A stretch of DNA of 64,000 nt, from positions 28,954,001-29,018,000 of the forward strand of contig NC_135658.1 in assembly GCF_964188315.1 (NCBI RefSeq), in the 5' to 3' direction. The DNA is from Podarcis muralis. Lineage: Eukaryota. A model generated the notes under the pieces. It did not search any database, was not told the origin of the DNA, and was given only the letters and a program-made list of their open reading frames with translations. The position numbers were made by a program, and so were the translations under genes. Positions within the stretch are counted from its first letter, which is position 1, and each line of letters opens with the position of its first letter. Below, one piece after another: positions 1 through 12,094 of this stretch.

Positions 1-329
1 TCTAGAGTAGAAATGATACAATAAATACACCTACCGTATATAAGAACACTGGATAGGCAAGGCTGCTTAAAAAATATCTATCCTGCTTAAATGACTCAAA
101 GTTACCTTGGCTGAATTACCTTGCCACCTTTGCTCACAGCCCCCAGAGCTACTGTTTTATCAGGCTGCTGTCATGTCTTGAGTCAGAGGCTGAAGACCCA
201 GTTCCGGGGTCTGAACCTTCTGTTGGACAGCAGTAGTCCACTGAGGCTGACAGTCAGCAGGGCCTGTATGGCCTCCCCAGTACCTCCCTGGTACCTCAGT
301 GGTTCAGGAAGCAGACCAAGGAGGAGGCT

Positions 330-420
330 ATGGAATGGCTCAGTCGGTACAGGATGAGACTTACTCTCAAGCATCTGGTTGGCCACTGTGAGAACAGTAT
401 GTGGGGCTACATGGACCATT
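330..420 (+). mobile_element. Degenerate retroposon fragment (tRNA-like head remnant plus CATCTGGTTGGCCACTGTGAGAACAG motif)
   Basis: gctcagtcggtacag resembles a tRNA A box. The catctggttggccact...aacag motif recurs at about 23200. Family not resolved. Confidence 0.4.
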
Positions 421-738
421 GGCCAGTATACCTGAAGGAGCGTCTCCACCCACATCGTTCTGCCCAGACGCTGACGTCCAGCGCTGAGGGCCTTCTGGTG
501 GTTCCCTCACTGCGAGAAGCAAAGGAACCAGGCAGAGGGCCTTCTTGGTAGTGGCACCCGCCCTGTGGAATGCCCTCCCATCAGATGTCAAAGAGATAAA
601 CAACTACCTGACATTTAGAAGACATCTGAAGGCAGCCCTGTTCAGGGAAGTTTTTAATGTGTGACATTTTAATATATTTTTAATCTTTGTTGGAAGTGGG
701 CGGGGTACAAATAAATTAATATTATTATTATTATTATT
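421..738 (+). mobile_element. L2-clade LINE 3' end
   Basis: Translates as YLKERLHPHRSAQTLTSSAEGLLVVPSLRE, followed in another frame by the RAF-VVAPALWNALP motif typical of L2 ORF2 C-termini. Ends in an (ATT)n tail. Near-identical to 51170-51425. Confidence 0.8.
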
Positions 739-854
739 AGCCTGATCTAGCCGGCTCTACTTATACTCTTAGTCTGGTGCGGGGAGGGTTTAACAAGGCC
801 CAATCTGCTCCCAAACTTTATTAGAACAAATTGCTCATTTGGAGCTATGTATAA

Positions 855-1217
855 GGGACGCGGGTGGCGCTGTGGGTAAAAGTCTCAGCGCCTAGGGCTT
901 GCCGATCGAAAGGTCGGCGGTTCGAATCCCCGCAGCGGGGTGCGCTCCCGTTGTTCAGTCCCAGCGCCTGCCAACCTAGCAGTTCGAAAGCACTCCCGGG
1001 TGCAAGTAGATAAATAGGGACCGCTTACTAGCGGGAAGGTAAACGGCGTTTCCGTGTGCGGCTCTGGCTCGCCAGAGCAGCGGTGTCACGCTGGCCACGT
1101 GACCCGGAAGTGTCTCCGGACAGCGCTGGCCCCCGGCCTCTTGAGTGAGATGGGCGCACAACCCTAGAGTCTGTCAAGACTGGCCCGTACGGGCAGGGGT
1201 ACCTTTACCTTTACCTT
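855..1217 (+). mobile_element. Sauria SINE (Squam1-type), full length
   Basis: A box TGGCGCTGTGG (865-875), B box GGTTCGAATCC (919-929), body shared with copies at 12156, 20498 and 22468, (ACCTTT)n tail. No clear TSD. Confidence 0.92.
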
Positions 1218-2149
1218 TTATTGTCCTGCAACTCCTGGCCCTCCTTGCTGCTGTGGGGGGGGGGCAGTCTTGTGGATTCCATTGAAGTCTCCCTACCTTT
1301 ATCTGCACAGTCTAGGTGCTTCAACACAGATAACTGAACAGAGAAGGGAGCAGCAACACTGACCAGTCTAAAAACACAAGTGGGAGGCAGAGGTGGTCCT
1401 CTTAGGCATGAAATACTGCCCTCCCCTCCATGAGTTACTGAAACTAATAATGCTGCCCGTTTATCTGCTAATTATTAAGCCCCATGAGTAACTTTTCTTT
1501 AGAGAACTTCAGGAGGCTGTTGGAATGAAGCTTCCTTTAAAGGCCAGGAAGGTGTCTGATCTGAAGTTTGCTTCAATAAATCCCAGAAAGGACTTGCCTT
1601 AAATGAAAGGGAAGGGCAATGTTGTGCATATCTTCCTTGCTAGGAAACCAGTTGTTGATTTGTTTTCATCAGAATTGTGTGCCGCATGATTTCAATCTAC
1701 AATCTCTAAGTTAGCATGATAAACAGTTTGCTAAAACCACAGGCTCCGTAATGGTGTCTTTGTCTCTACTTGCCATCCCCCTGAGTTGCTTTTTTAGACA
1801 ACCTTTCCCCACTAATGCCATCCACAAAAACAAAGCACCAAATACCAAACATTCCTCATAGGGGATACACAAGTCCAAGCCCAAGGCATACAATGGAATG
1901 AATGTGGGTTTTGTCCCCTGACAACAATTCTTGTAATTCAGCTAAATGTTCTTAAGAAAACACTATTATATTTAATTTCCAAGAAATGTGTGCGTGTGTG
2001 TATTCTGGGTATTATGTCCCTCTGCGTAAAACAAACTTTCATTTAATATATGCATTTTTAATGACCACTTGCCCACCCTTTCACTCTTCCTGCCTATGTC
2101 CTTCCTGTCTTACTTCCTCTTTCATATGCTACCCTCTTCCTTGAATTTG

Positions 2150-2300
2150 CATTTATTTCTCCTCTTCCTCACATTATCCTCACAACAGCTCTAGAAGGCA
2201 GGTTAGGCTGAGAGACTGAGTGTTGTGTCTGAGTGGAGAGTTAAACTCTGGTCTCCCAAGTCCTAGTCTAGCTCTCTAACCACTACACCACTCTGGTACT
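2150..2300 (-). mobile_element. Old Squam3/MIR-like CORE-type SINE, degraded
   Basis: ctctaaccactacaccactctgg is the reverse complement of the tRNA head. The atcctcacaacagctctagaaggcaggttaggctgagaga core matches 11065 and 34105. Confidence 0.6.
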
Positions 2301-4320
2301 CCTTGACATCAATAATGTGGTGCTATCTTGGTACCTGCTCTGAAAAGCTAGGAGAGGCATTCCAGATTGTTGAAAATGCTGTCTGTTCTTGCCTCTCTCT
2401 GCCTTGAAAAAAATGCCTAGGCAGATTGTTCCTTCTTGACTGTTTGCTAGGGGACTACTACTACTCAGATGAGCAGGGAAGGGTGCCGTGAATGACTGGT
2501 GTCTCGTGGAATAAAACATCTGATGGATTTGCTAATCACTGCATTAGTTCTAAAATTTCAAATGTTTGGAATGTTTCATATTTCTAAGGATTATTCTGAC
2601 ATCATTCAGAATATGCAAAGAGAGCGGCCCAAACTCGTCTGCATGGATGGCATCCTTCTAACCCAAATCTTGGATGTGATGAATGAGTCAGGAATTCTGC
2701 AGGTTAAAAAGTACATTATTGTGTTAAATGTATTTAGCTGTTTTGCAAAGTGCTTATTGGATTGCACAGGACTTGAGTGGCGTAGCGAAGCAGTTGACTT
2801 TGATCTTGCAAACATAGCTCTTGCGTTGGTAGATCAAAGCAAATCGTTTCTCTGCCCTTGCCAGCTTTGGATCACATGAATTGTCAACAATATTGTTTGG
2901 GGAAACCAAATGAAGGTGGAACTGAGAAGAACAAAGGCAACCGGACATTAGAATTCAAAGCAAGAGAAAGGGGTATCAGTCCCCAAATCTAGAGTCTTTC
3001 TCACCTGAAGTGGGAGAGTCAGCTGGTCTGTAATCTATACTGAGGAGTGGGCAACCCACAGCCCATCAGACAGCAGGGAGGGGAAAGTGAAAAAGGCATG
3101 CATACATTGGGTATACTAGCTAGGAAAGGTGGGAGAGAGGCAAGATGAGGAGCAACATAAAGGACTTGTGTAAAGCCAAGAAGGCATTCAGAAACTCACT
3201 TGAAAAAAGATTCACTCTGCATGGCAAGGACTGCATCTACACACCTCCTCAGTGTATGTATAAAATAACGTGTGAGAGGCCCACACCCAAAGAATTGGCA
3301 CAATTCTCGCACTCAGACTAATTCCAGGTCCCATTGCTTTCAGTGGGACTTAAGAGATGACTAACTTTATCTTGACTGGGACTAACAATGATGGGATATG
3401 CCTGCATTGTGGAACAGTCCACTTGAAATAACTTGAACACAAGGAAAAGCAGCTTAGGGCTAGACCTATAGGCTTAAGCTTAAAGGCAGCAAGCCCGAAC
3501 AGTTAGTAGGAAGTATACTCACTGAACATAGGGGAACTTGTTTCTGAGAGAACATGCCTGGAATTTTGCAGTGCGGGCAGCTGAAATGAGTGCCACAAAA
3601 ACATCTTGTGTGCAAGTAATACGTAAGACTGCAGTCTTAGCCTGTGATCTTCAAACACTGAGCAATCTCAAATTACTCTGATATAAATGGCTAATAGGTT
3701 TAGCTATAGTGAGGAGGGGACTTGCTCCAGATTTTATAGTCAGACTTACTGAGCTCATCCATATCATTATGAACCCAAAAAATCTATGGTTCTGTAGGGC
3801 AGTGTTGCCAGGAAGCTTAAAGAAGTACAATGAGCGGCTGTTGGCTGAGTCAACTAAAAGGGTGGTGGGGTTGCCAAGATATTTCCACAAAATACTGATC
3901 TGGTCTTTTATAGAAATTTGTAAACCATTTAAAAGGTAGTGGACTGACTTCACTATTCTTCATCCAAGAAGCAACTAGGATGAAGGCTATAGAAGGCTAT
4001 GTTCCAAACAAGTGTTCTCCATACCAGACATAAAAAACTGCTTCCCTTTCCCACAAGAGCTAGTTATAACATTTTATATACACCGGTGCGATTCCCAAGA
4101 GAGCCTACTCATGAAAACATCTGTTTGTCAAAATGAATAATTCATGCAATTTGCTTATAGAACTGCATACTGTATATTCAGAGACCCAGACTGAGCTAAA
4201 GAGATCATCTGTTGTGTTGCTGCCTATCTGGACAATACAATTTCAAGTGTATACATCTTTGAGCATCACTCAAGGGAAGATGGGGATGAGCCACAACTCT
4301 GAGAGAGCGAGAGAGAGAGA

Positions 4321-4445
4321 GAGCAGATGCCTGGTATGTAGAAGGTCCAAGTCATAGAGCTGGGGAGAAGATCTCTGCCTGAGAACATCTGACAGCTGCC
4401 ACCAATCAGAGTTAGCAATGTTAGATCAGGAGTAGAGGACCATCA
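4321..4445 (+). mobile_element. Degraded tRNA-derived SINE fragment
   Basis: gagcagatgcctggtatgtagaaggtccaag...gatctctgcctgaga...ctgccaccaatcag resembles the fragments at 11345, 37180 and 41990. Confidence 0.4.
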
Positions 4446-4449
4446 GACC

Positions 4450-4545
4450 ACCAGCTGTTGCTGGACTATGACTCCCTAGCAAACATGGCCCAGGTCCAGG
4501 CATGATGGAAGTTGTACCTGAATGTCTGGATTCTGAGGGCCTCCA
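4450..4545. mobile_element. Decayed palindromic hAT-type MITE relic
   Basis: ctggactatgactccc...agggcatgatggaagttgtac matches the core of the 136-bp MITEs. Termini are eroded. Confidence 0.4.
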
Positions 4546-5150
4546 GACTTCCAGAAAGCTATTCCAGTTCCTTAAGATTCCCTTAAATGAATGACAGCAG
4601 CCTGTTAAGCCCTTATAGAATAAACCTGGACATGGAAACTAGCCACTTCATATCATTATACTGAGGTGCTTGGCTATATATACACTATATATTGTTACAA
4701 AGAAATTAGAATAAGAAGACAGGGACACACAAAGGGGCAGAGATAGCTGAACTGAGAGTTGAAGAGGGGAGAGACACCTTTAGGGGTGCCAAGCTGCTTC
4801 TCGGGGGGGGGGGGGGGGGCTTCAGCAAAGCAATCACTGCCTATAAAATGCTTAGGGTATATGTATCCATCTACACTCAGCTTGTATTTTTGAAAATACA
4901 TTCAAATATTGAAAATCACTATAAGTCTCCAGGCTTCTCTCCTTCAAAAGGAAGTCAGACTCAGGTAAGCACTGACCCTGAAACTTCTCGCTGCTTGGGG
5001 TTAATGGGGAGGATGTAGCAATGTGATCCACTGCGTGTTTTTTCACTACTCGTCAGCTTATTTCAACTACTAAAGATTGGTATATCAACTTTACTTGACA
5101 TTTCATAGGGTCAACAGGGACGATCTCTTTTATGGAATTAAATTTACAAG

Positions 5151-5551
5151 TTTGTTGTTGTTTAGTTATTTAGTCGTGTCCGACTCTTCGTGACCCCATG
5201 GACCAGAGCACGCCAGGCACTCCTGTCTTCCATTGCCTCCCACAGTTTGGTCAAACTCATGCTAGTAGCTTCGAGACCACTGTCCAACTATCTCGTCCTC
5301 TGTCGTCCCCTTCTCCTTGTGCCCTCCATCTTTCCCAACATCAGGGTCTTTTCCAGGGAGTCTTCTCTTCTCATGAGGTGGCCAAAGTATTGGAGCCTCA
5401 GCTTCACGATCTGTCTTTCCAGTGAGCACTCAGGGCTGATTTCCTTAAGAATGGATAGGTTTGATCTTCTTGCAGTCCATGGGACTCTCAAGAGTCTCCT
5501 CCAGCACCATAATTCAAAAGCATCAATTGTTCGGTGATCAGCCTTCTTTAT
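5151..5551 (-). mobile_element. BovB (RTE clade) LINE, 5'-truncated 3' end
   Basis: Encodes RRLLRVPWTARRSNLSILKEISPECSLE...KTLMLGKMEGTRRRGRQR, as in the 61-64 kb copy. (CAA)n tail. Probable TSD tacaagtt (5145-5152) / tataagtt (5549-5556). Confidence 0.95.
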
Positions 5552-7427
5552 AAGTTAATGTAAAAAATAAAAGTCCAGCGGAAAAAATGTATAGCCCTAA
5601 GATACGTAGGGGCAAACTTTATGAGATGTCTTTGCCAGAGTTTTGTCTTTCACACCGGAAATGATTAAATGGAAGATTGCATATGACTAAAAAGTTTACA
5701 TTGCAGTTACAGCTTACAATATTTTAAAATAACATTCCAGCCTTTGCTTGATAATTGTTCACCTGATAAGAAAGGCTAGAAGGACACGAAGCCTGTGCAC
5801 TTCTGCTTAGCAACCTAGGATTAAAATAAAATAGTTGTGGGCTAATTCTACTTGAGATAGCTGCAGCTTCTTTTCCAGAGCAGCGGAAATATGTGAAAGG
5901 CGAACAAAGTATTATAGGAGAATCTTATTGAAGAAACAAACAGATGGGGTTTGTATGTGGTGAGATTCTCTTTTCCGTCTGAAAGCCTCAGTGACAACAA
6001 TCTAGGATGGAGCAAAGCAATGTTCCATTATTCCTCTTTCCCTTCCATTTCTGCCTTGCTAACTTATCTGTGCAAAATGCCCTTTGTAGCTTCGCTTGTT
6101 AGTGGCTTTCCCATGAAGTGACTTCCAGTCAAAAATGGAAAATAAATCAATCCGACCTTTTGTCTTGGAAAGGGGGCTCTGAATACAGAAACAGCCCATC
6201 TAATTAGCAAACACATATGCATGTACCACACAGGGCCCATTCATTCACTACCCTGCAATCTGATGCCAATGACGTCAAAGTCAAGATTGGAGGAAATAGG
6301 TGGTGTACAGCAAATATCAGTTTCAACGTATGACACGGATAGCCAAGTGAGGGGGCTAGGAGAAGGGAACAAATGATTTCGAGGCATGCACAGTATCAAA
6401 AGCATGCTGACAGGAAGATAGAGAAATTGGCATTATCAGCCTGCTTTCTTGGGCTTGCAATGTAGCTAGGCTGTCCTTATTCTCAATTAGGACTGAAGGT
6501 GAAAAGCATCAAAATGCATCATTTCCTAAGAAACAACAAAGGTGGATAGACCTCAAGATAGCCACAAGATAAGATTTTTGTGGCCAACGTTTGTACGCCA
6601 CTTCCCAAACCAGAAGTGGGCGTGTTCTGCACACAGAGTATAGTGTGTAGTCAGCCTTAGATTCCTCTTGAGTAAAACTAATGTGTCAAAAACCTAAAGC
6701 CCCTGCCGAACCATTAGAAACAACAACAACACACATATAAACTCTAGTAATTTTAAGGACTGCATGTAGCACACGGCCAAACTATCATGGGATTTAGATG
6801 TGTGGCAACCACATTATGATGCAACCTCTTTACTAAATCCTGGCAAAAGGAATGGAAATGTCTTGGCGGGCAAAGGACAAGTGCTAAGACACAGCGAACA
6901 CAAACTGCACGAATGCAACATCGTTTCTGTTCCCCACCAATCTCGACAATAAAACCAGCAGCAATTCTAGGGAAACCCTTTAAGTGAAAAAGATGGGAGG
7001 GGGGTGAACCCCTATCCTTGGCTCAGCAGTTCCCAAAGCTGAAAAAGAGAAGGGTTTTATGTTTAAGAAGCGATCAGATAGATCTATGTGACTGTCAAAA
7101 ACTAAACATAAATGTGCCAAAAGCTTTAAAAAAGAAGTGCATCAGGGACACTGGACAGGATACAACCCACTCTGCTGCTACTATTATTGTTTGATAGTTA
7201 AATAGTACCAAGAGTGTGATACTCCCCCTCCACCCCATTCATCCCTGTTCGCAACAACAGGGCACCCTCCCCCCTAAGCAAATGACATCAATCAGCGGGG
7301 AGTTCTGTAAAATGCATAAAACAGTCATCTTCCAAACTCTACCAGAAGATAAATGATTCCAGACATTGGACTGCAGCCATTTTCCCACACATGCTACAAT
7401 GTTTTGTCATCCATATTGGGCCATAAC

Positions 7428-7430
<3 letters not shown>

Positions 7431-7464
<34 letters not shown>
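7431..7464. repeat. (GA)17 microsatellite
   Basis: Read directly from the sequence. Confidence 0.95.
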
Positions 7465-7468
<4 letters not shown>

Positions 7469-8443
7469 GAGAGAGTTGTTGTTGTTTTATTATATATAAA
7501 AAAGAGAGTTTACAGCTAAAGCTTCCACTTCTGGCCGAAAGCAGATAGCGCATAAAACATACCACAACAAAAGTGTCGTTGCTGTACAAAACTGTAGCAG
7601 GATTGTTTGGTGCCAAATAAAACCAATTTCTAGGGTCTTCCATAGGGTAATTGCAAGCACCTTCTGGTTATTATCACCTCCATCTCAAGCCATTAGAAAT
7701 TAGGTGGCTGGCACCCACCAAGACCCACCGAATAAATTGGTACACAGTTCTTGCAACTGACATGCCATAGTTTCACTTATGTAAATATAAAACCAATCAC
7801 ATTGAAAACCTTGTTGAATTGCAAAGTAAAATATTTTAAATAAGTAAAATATAGAAAAGTATGAGGTCTTTAGAAGACTGGATGCACATAAACTTTGAAG
7901 ATACTTTTGGACCACATACATTTATTCTTTTCAAAACTCCCTCGAGACATTCTTCTTAATGGCCATATTATCAATAATCTCAGAAAGGATAGGATTTATT
8001 TTGATATACTGTTTGTAGTTTCTTCTTGCTTATCTCAGGATAAATATGGGATAAGCATACAATTTTTCTCAACCCCCCAAAGACAGATTATATTCTCCCC
8101 TTTCATTACTTATATACCAGGCATGCTCCTAATCAGTACTGCCAGTATGACTGATTCTAAAATAAGTCTTTACCACAGAGAAGGTGCCTCTCAAACAAGA
8201 TCATCAAAACCACTCTACAACATGCACTATGAGCAATTCAAAAGCTTGTTTGCAAATTGTTTTAAATAAGCAACTTCACGATAAACTTGGTCGCATTTCT
8301 AACGTATATTTAAAACCTTTAAAGTACAGAGGAAGTACAGAGAAGATAAGCTCGTTTCCCCCCCTTTCCAAACTGAAGAGCACTTCAAATGGCATTAGTT
8401 ATCGTACTAATAAACACATAATTACTGGAGGATGAAAACTTAC

Positions 8444-8700
8444 TTTGTGTACAAATATCCCAAGGCTCCGCTGTTCCGTTAAACACAATCCCTTCTCGAT
8501 TTCATTTTCTGCTTATTGAGAAGAACTGTTCGGAATCTGACAGATGGTTTCACTCTGCCACTGAGAATTTCCTCTTGGTTATCTCTGCCAGTTAATATTT
8601 CCACGAGGCTGTCTGCAGGGCTGTGTGCTCCCTACATCATTTCTGGTCTGATCAATGCCCTGCCTGGCTTTAGGTTGGTTTCTAGTCCCGCCTCCTGTTC
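8444..8700 (-). promoter_or_regulatory. Candidate alternative promoter / non-coding first exon of STARD13
   Basis: Strong minus-strand donor AAA|GTAAGT (intron starts 8443), GC box GGAGGCGGGA at about 8686-8695, no recognisable repeat nearby. Inference only. Confidence 0.3.
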
Positions 8701-9364
8701 CTGAAGAAATGAAAACTCACAGCTGGATCTTCTGTAAAACATTTCTCTTACCACTGGCTGCTCAGGGTAAATCATGCAATTATACCATGAAGAGACCTGC
8801 ACCTCCACTTGCAACTTGGAAAACAATTACTCATCTTAATGAGGTGCACATGAAAGTCAACCGCGCAGTCAAATCAATAATACGGAGAAGTCATGACAAG
8901 AGAGCTGTGACCTTCAAGCCCAAAGAGCTATGTCAATGTAATACAATACTTCCCTATCCTAATGCCAGTGTGAGGCAAAACACACTGCACAGTTTATACC
9001 AAGCGGTCCTTTAAAAAACGCATACCACCAGCGGTCTAGGTCACTATGCAAATCGCACTCAGCTCTACCTCTCATTTCTGTCTTCTAATCCCGGTGAAGC
9101 TGGGGAAGTCTTAAAGTGGTTGCATTTTGGAACTGGTTTACGTCATGATGGTGAACAAACTGAAGCTTAATTCACACAAGATGGAGGTACTATTCTGGTG
9201 AATGCAACCTGCATTCCTCTGGGCAGATGGTTATCAGTTTGGAAATGCTCTTGCGATCTGGCCCTGTAAGGTGGCAGTGGTTGCTAGGAGTGCTTTTCAC
9301 CCTCTTTGTTTAATATGCCAATGACACCTTTTAAAAACAGAAATCAGTCTTTGTCTCAGTCATT

Positions 9365-10120
9365 AAGCCACTGCTAGATTTGACACATGTGATGTGTGAG
9401 AGTGCCCTTGAAGACACTCTGGAAACTTAAATTGGTTCAAAACACAGTTGCCAGAGTTCTGACCGGAGCCAATTGATCATATCACAGTACAGCAATCTTA
9501 TACAGCCTCCCTGGTTTTTTCAGATTGTTTTTGGACTTAATTCAAGGTACTGGTTTCGACCTTTAAAGCACCAAATGGCCTAGGACTAAAACTTCTTGAG
9601 AAATGCTTGGCAACTTTGCTCATCTTTGGAGACCCTGCTTCAGTTCCTCCTGCTGTTAAAACATGGTGGATGAGCATTTGAAACAGGGCCTTTTCAGCTG
9701 TGGTGCCAAAGATCTGGAACAGCCATTCAAGGGAGGTCCACCTGGCTCTAGTGCAGGCACCCCCAACCTGAGGCCCTCCAGATGTTTTGGCCTACAACTC
9801 CCATGATCCCTAGCTAACAGGACCAGTGGTCAGGGATGATGGGAATTGTAGTCCAAAACATCTGGAGGGCCTCAGGTTGGGGGTGCCTGCTCTAGTGCTA
9901 CTTGCTTTTAGGGACAGTGAAGATAGACTATTCCAGTAGGATATTGTAGGATAAAAACTTTAAGCTGCCATACATACTTCCACACCTATTTAGAGTTTTA
10001 AAAGTCAATTTTAGTTTGCTCTGTAGTTTTACAGATTTTTTTTTTGTATTTTTGGTTTTTTTTTTGTATTGTAAACTACCCTGAATGTTTGTGGAAAGGT
10101 GCTATAGCTGAAAATAAATT
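9365..10120 (+). mobile_element. Old L2 LINE 3' fragment, interrupted by a MITE
   Basis: ttcaaggtactggtttcgacctttaaagcaccaaatggcctagga reads FKVLVSTFKAPNGLG; agggccttttcagctgtggtgccaaagatctggaac reads RAFSAVVPKIWN. Continues after the MITE at 9754. Confidence 0.65.
9754..9889. mobile_element. 136-bp palindromic hAT-type MITE
   Basis: Long terminal arms caggcacccccaacctgaggccctccagatgttttgg / ccaaaacatctggagggcctcaggttgggggtgcctg. Perfect 8-bp TSD CTCTAGTG (9746-9753, 9890-9897). Confidence 0.92.
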
Positions 10121-10538
10121 ATATTAAATAGTAAGAGTAATTGCTACTAATTTGAACCCACATTTACTTTGTCTGCCAGCACTTGAGTTGGAAGATCACT
10201 TCCTTTGTTACGATCACAGTTGTACAAAGTCTGTAGGAGTCACAGGAAATAGCTGAGTAAGCTGTCTCATGATGTTTATTTTCCAAAACTGCTCTGCAAA
10301 CCATCCCGATGAGCTGCTCACCCATGAAATATGTGGAAGTAGGGACAACACTGATCCATCTAGCCCAGTCTTCCAAGGATCAAGACCTGGCCCCCTAAGA
10401 CCTGCTACCCAAAATCCTTATCATTGCGGATTCTAGTGCTTAAATTGAGAGGGACTAGAGAGGTCACTTACACATCACCAAAAAAGAAAGGAAGAGGGCA
10501 AAGAGAACAGATTTGCATAACATGTGCATACACTAGCT

Positions 10539-10674
10539 GAGGGTTTCCCAGACTTGGGTCTCCAGCTGTTTTTGGACTAAAACTCCCATCATCCCTAGCC
10601 AGCAGGACCAGTGGTCAGGGATGATGGGAATGGTAGTCCAAAAACAGCTGGAGACCCAAGTCTGGGAAACCTTG
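10539..10674. mobile_element. 136-bp palindromic hAT-type MITE (different arm variant)
   Basis: Arms ggtttcccagacttgggtctccagctgtttttggacta / tagtccaaaaacagctggagacccaagtctgggaaacc. TSD cactagct / ctctagtt (6/8). Confidence 0.88.
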
Positions 10675-11064
10675 CTCTAGTTTATATGTATAGATGAAAC
10701 TTTAGAAATAATTACAATAATTTAAATTCAAATGTTATATATACCATAGATAGACATAGACATTATCATAGTGGGTAAGACTGTGCCCAGGTGACCTTTG
10801 TAACTGCTTGATGTCCTCTAGAGGTCTTAACTATTGATGGACACCCTCAAGGCCCTTGCTTTCACTGGAATTTAACCACATGGACCTTCAAATGTGGGAG
10901 TGTCCTCAAATAGCCTTTCAATAAGGCTGACCTGGGTAAAGTACAGCACACAACTTGGACATGGGACCTTATACATGCAAGAGAATTTGGTAACCCTGAA
11001 CTATGATCTCTTCTGTGAAGAGACATAACTTGCGCAGAATCAGACACAAGAATGTAGCATGTTG

Positions 11065-11320
11065 GAGAAGAAGAGAAGAAGAGTTTGGATTTGATATCCC
11101 GCTTTATCACTACCCGAAGGAGTCTCAAAGCAGCTAACATTCTCCTTTCCCTTCCTCCCCCACAACAAACACTCTGTGAGGTGAGTGAGGCTGAGAGACT
11201 TCAGAGAAGTGTGACTAGCCCAAGGTCACCCAGCAGCTGCATGTGGAGGAGCAGGGAAGCGAACCCGGTCCACCAGATTACGAGTCTATCACTCTTAACC
11301 ACTACACCACACTGGCTCTC
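11065..11320 (-). mobile_element. Squam3-type tRNA/CORE SINE, full length
   Basis: Minus strand starts GAGAGCCAGTGTGGTGTAGTGGTTAAGAG, has a B-box-like GGGTTCGCTTCC and a (CTT)-type tail. Highly similar to 29501-29790. Confidence 0.88.
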
Positions 11321-11344
11321 CAACTGCGGAGGTATTTGCTGCAG

Positions 11345-11505
11345 TTGCATGGCACAGCACACGCTTCGCCTCCAATCCTGAGTTCAGTCCCTGGAACCTC
11401 CAGTTATAAGGTCTCACCAGCATGGCTAGGAAAATGGAAGGGTGCTGCCTCTCAGATATTGGGCTACACACAAAAACAGTCTGAGTCGGTGTAAGCCAGT
11501 TCGTA
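11345..11505 (+). mobile_element. Degraded tRNA-derived SINE
   Basis: B-box-like gagttcagtccctggaacctccag. The 3' part gtctgagtcggtgtaagccagtt resembles the reverse complement of 50480-50590. Confidence 0.4.
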
Positions 11506-12094
11506 TGCCAAACACATATTTTCAGATGTGGACAATTCTCTCTTTACAAACAAGCATGCCTATTTTCTGGATGCCTTCTCACATGTACGCAATATAGAAA
11601 AGTAACATGGAAAACAGCCCTCAGCAAGGATGTAGCATCCAGCTCAGTGTTTTATTCAGCAAGAAGACGTTGCTGAACAACTTTATTTTGATACAACATT
11701 GAACCCGTGACCGGCATTATGACAATTATTAAGGGGCAACAAGCCAAATACTGAAAAAGCCTGAATTGTGATCCAGGGCAGCCTTCATCAATTTGCTACC
11801 CTCCAAGTGCCAAAAGAATCTGTAGTCCCTGAACATCAGGAGGGCATCAGGTTATTTAAGGCTGGTCCTGGATACATCTTTATGGGCAAAGGGAATTAAT
11901 TTTTTAAGCCAAGCGTATTGACTTAAAATGTGATTCATTGCTGCTAAGTCTGGACTAGGCAGGGATGGGAGTTTCCAGAGAGAGTTTTGCTTGGTTCTCA
12001 GATGCTGCTTGAATTATTAATGATTTATTAATTACTTTTAGGATATAAAGTGCTTTATAAACACAGGATTGTGATGCTTCAAATGGCACAGATT

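Noticed and set aside
1711-1893. WYLVLCFC-like peptide resembling the recalled human beta-isoform first exon (LWCLVLRWC)
   Set aside because: That frame stops within a few codons and there is no splice donor nearby.
2754-2948. Minus-strand ORF ending in a CaaX-like SCAIQ*
   Set aside because: No convincing acceptor or known protein match; lies in the STARD13 intron in a position inconsistent with a terminal exon.
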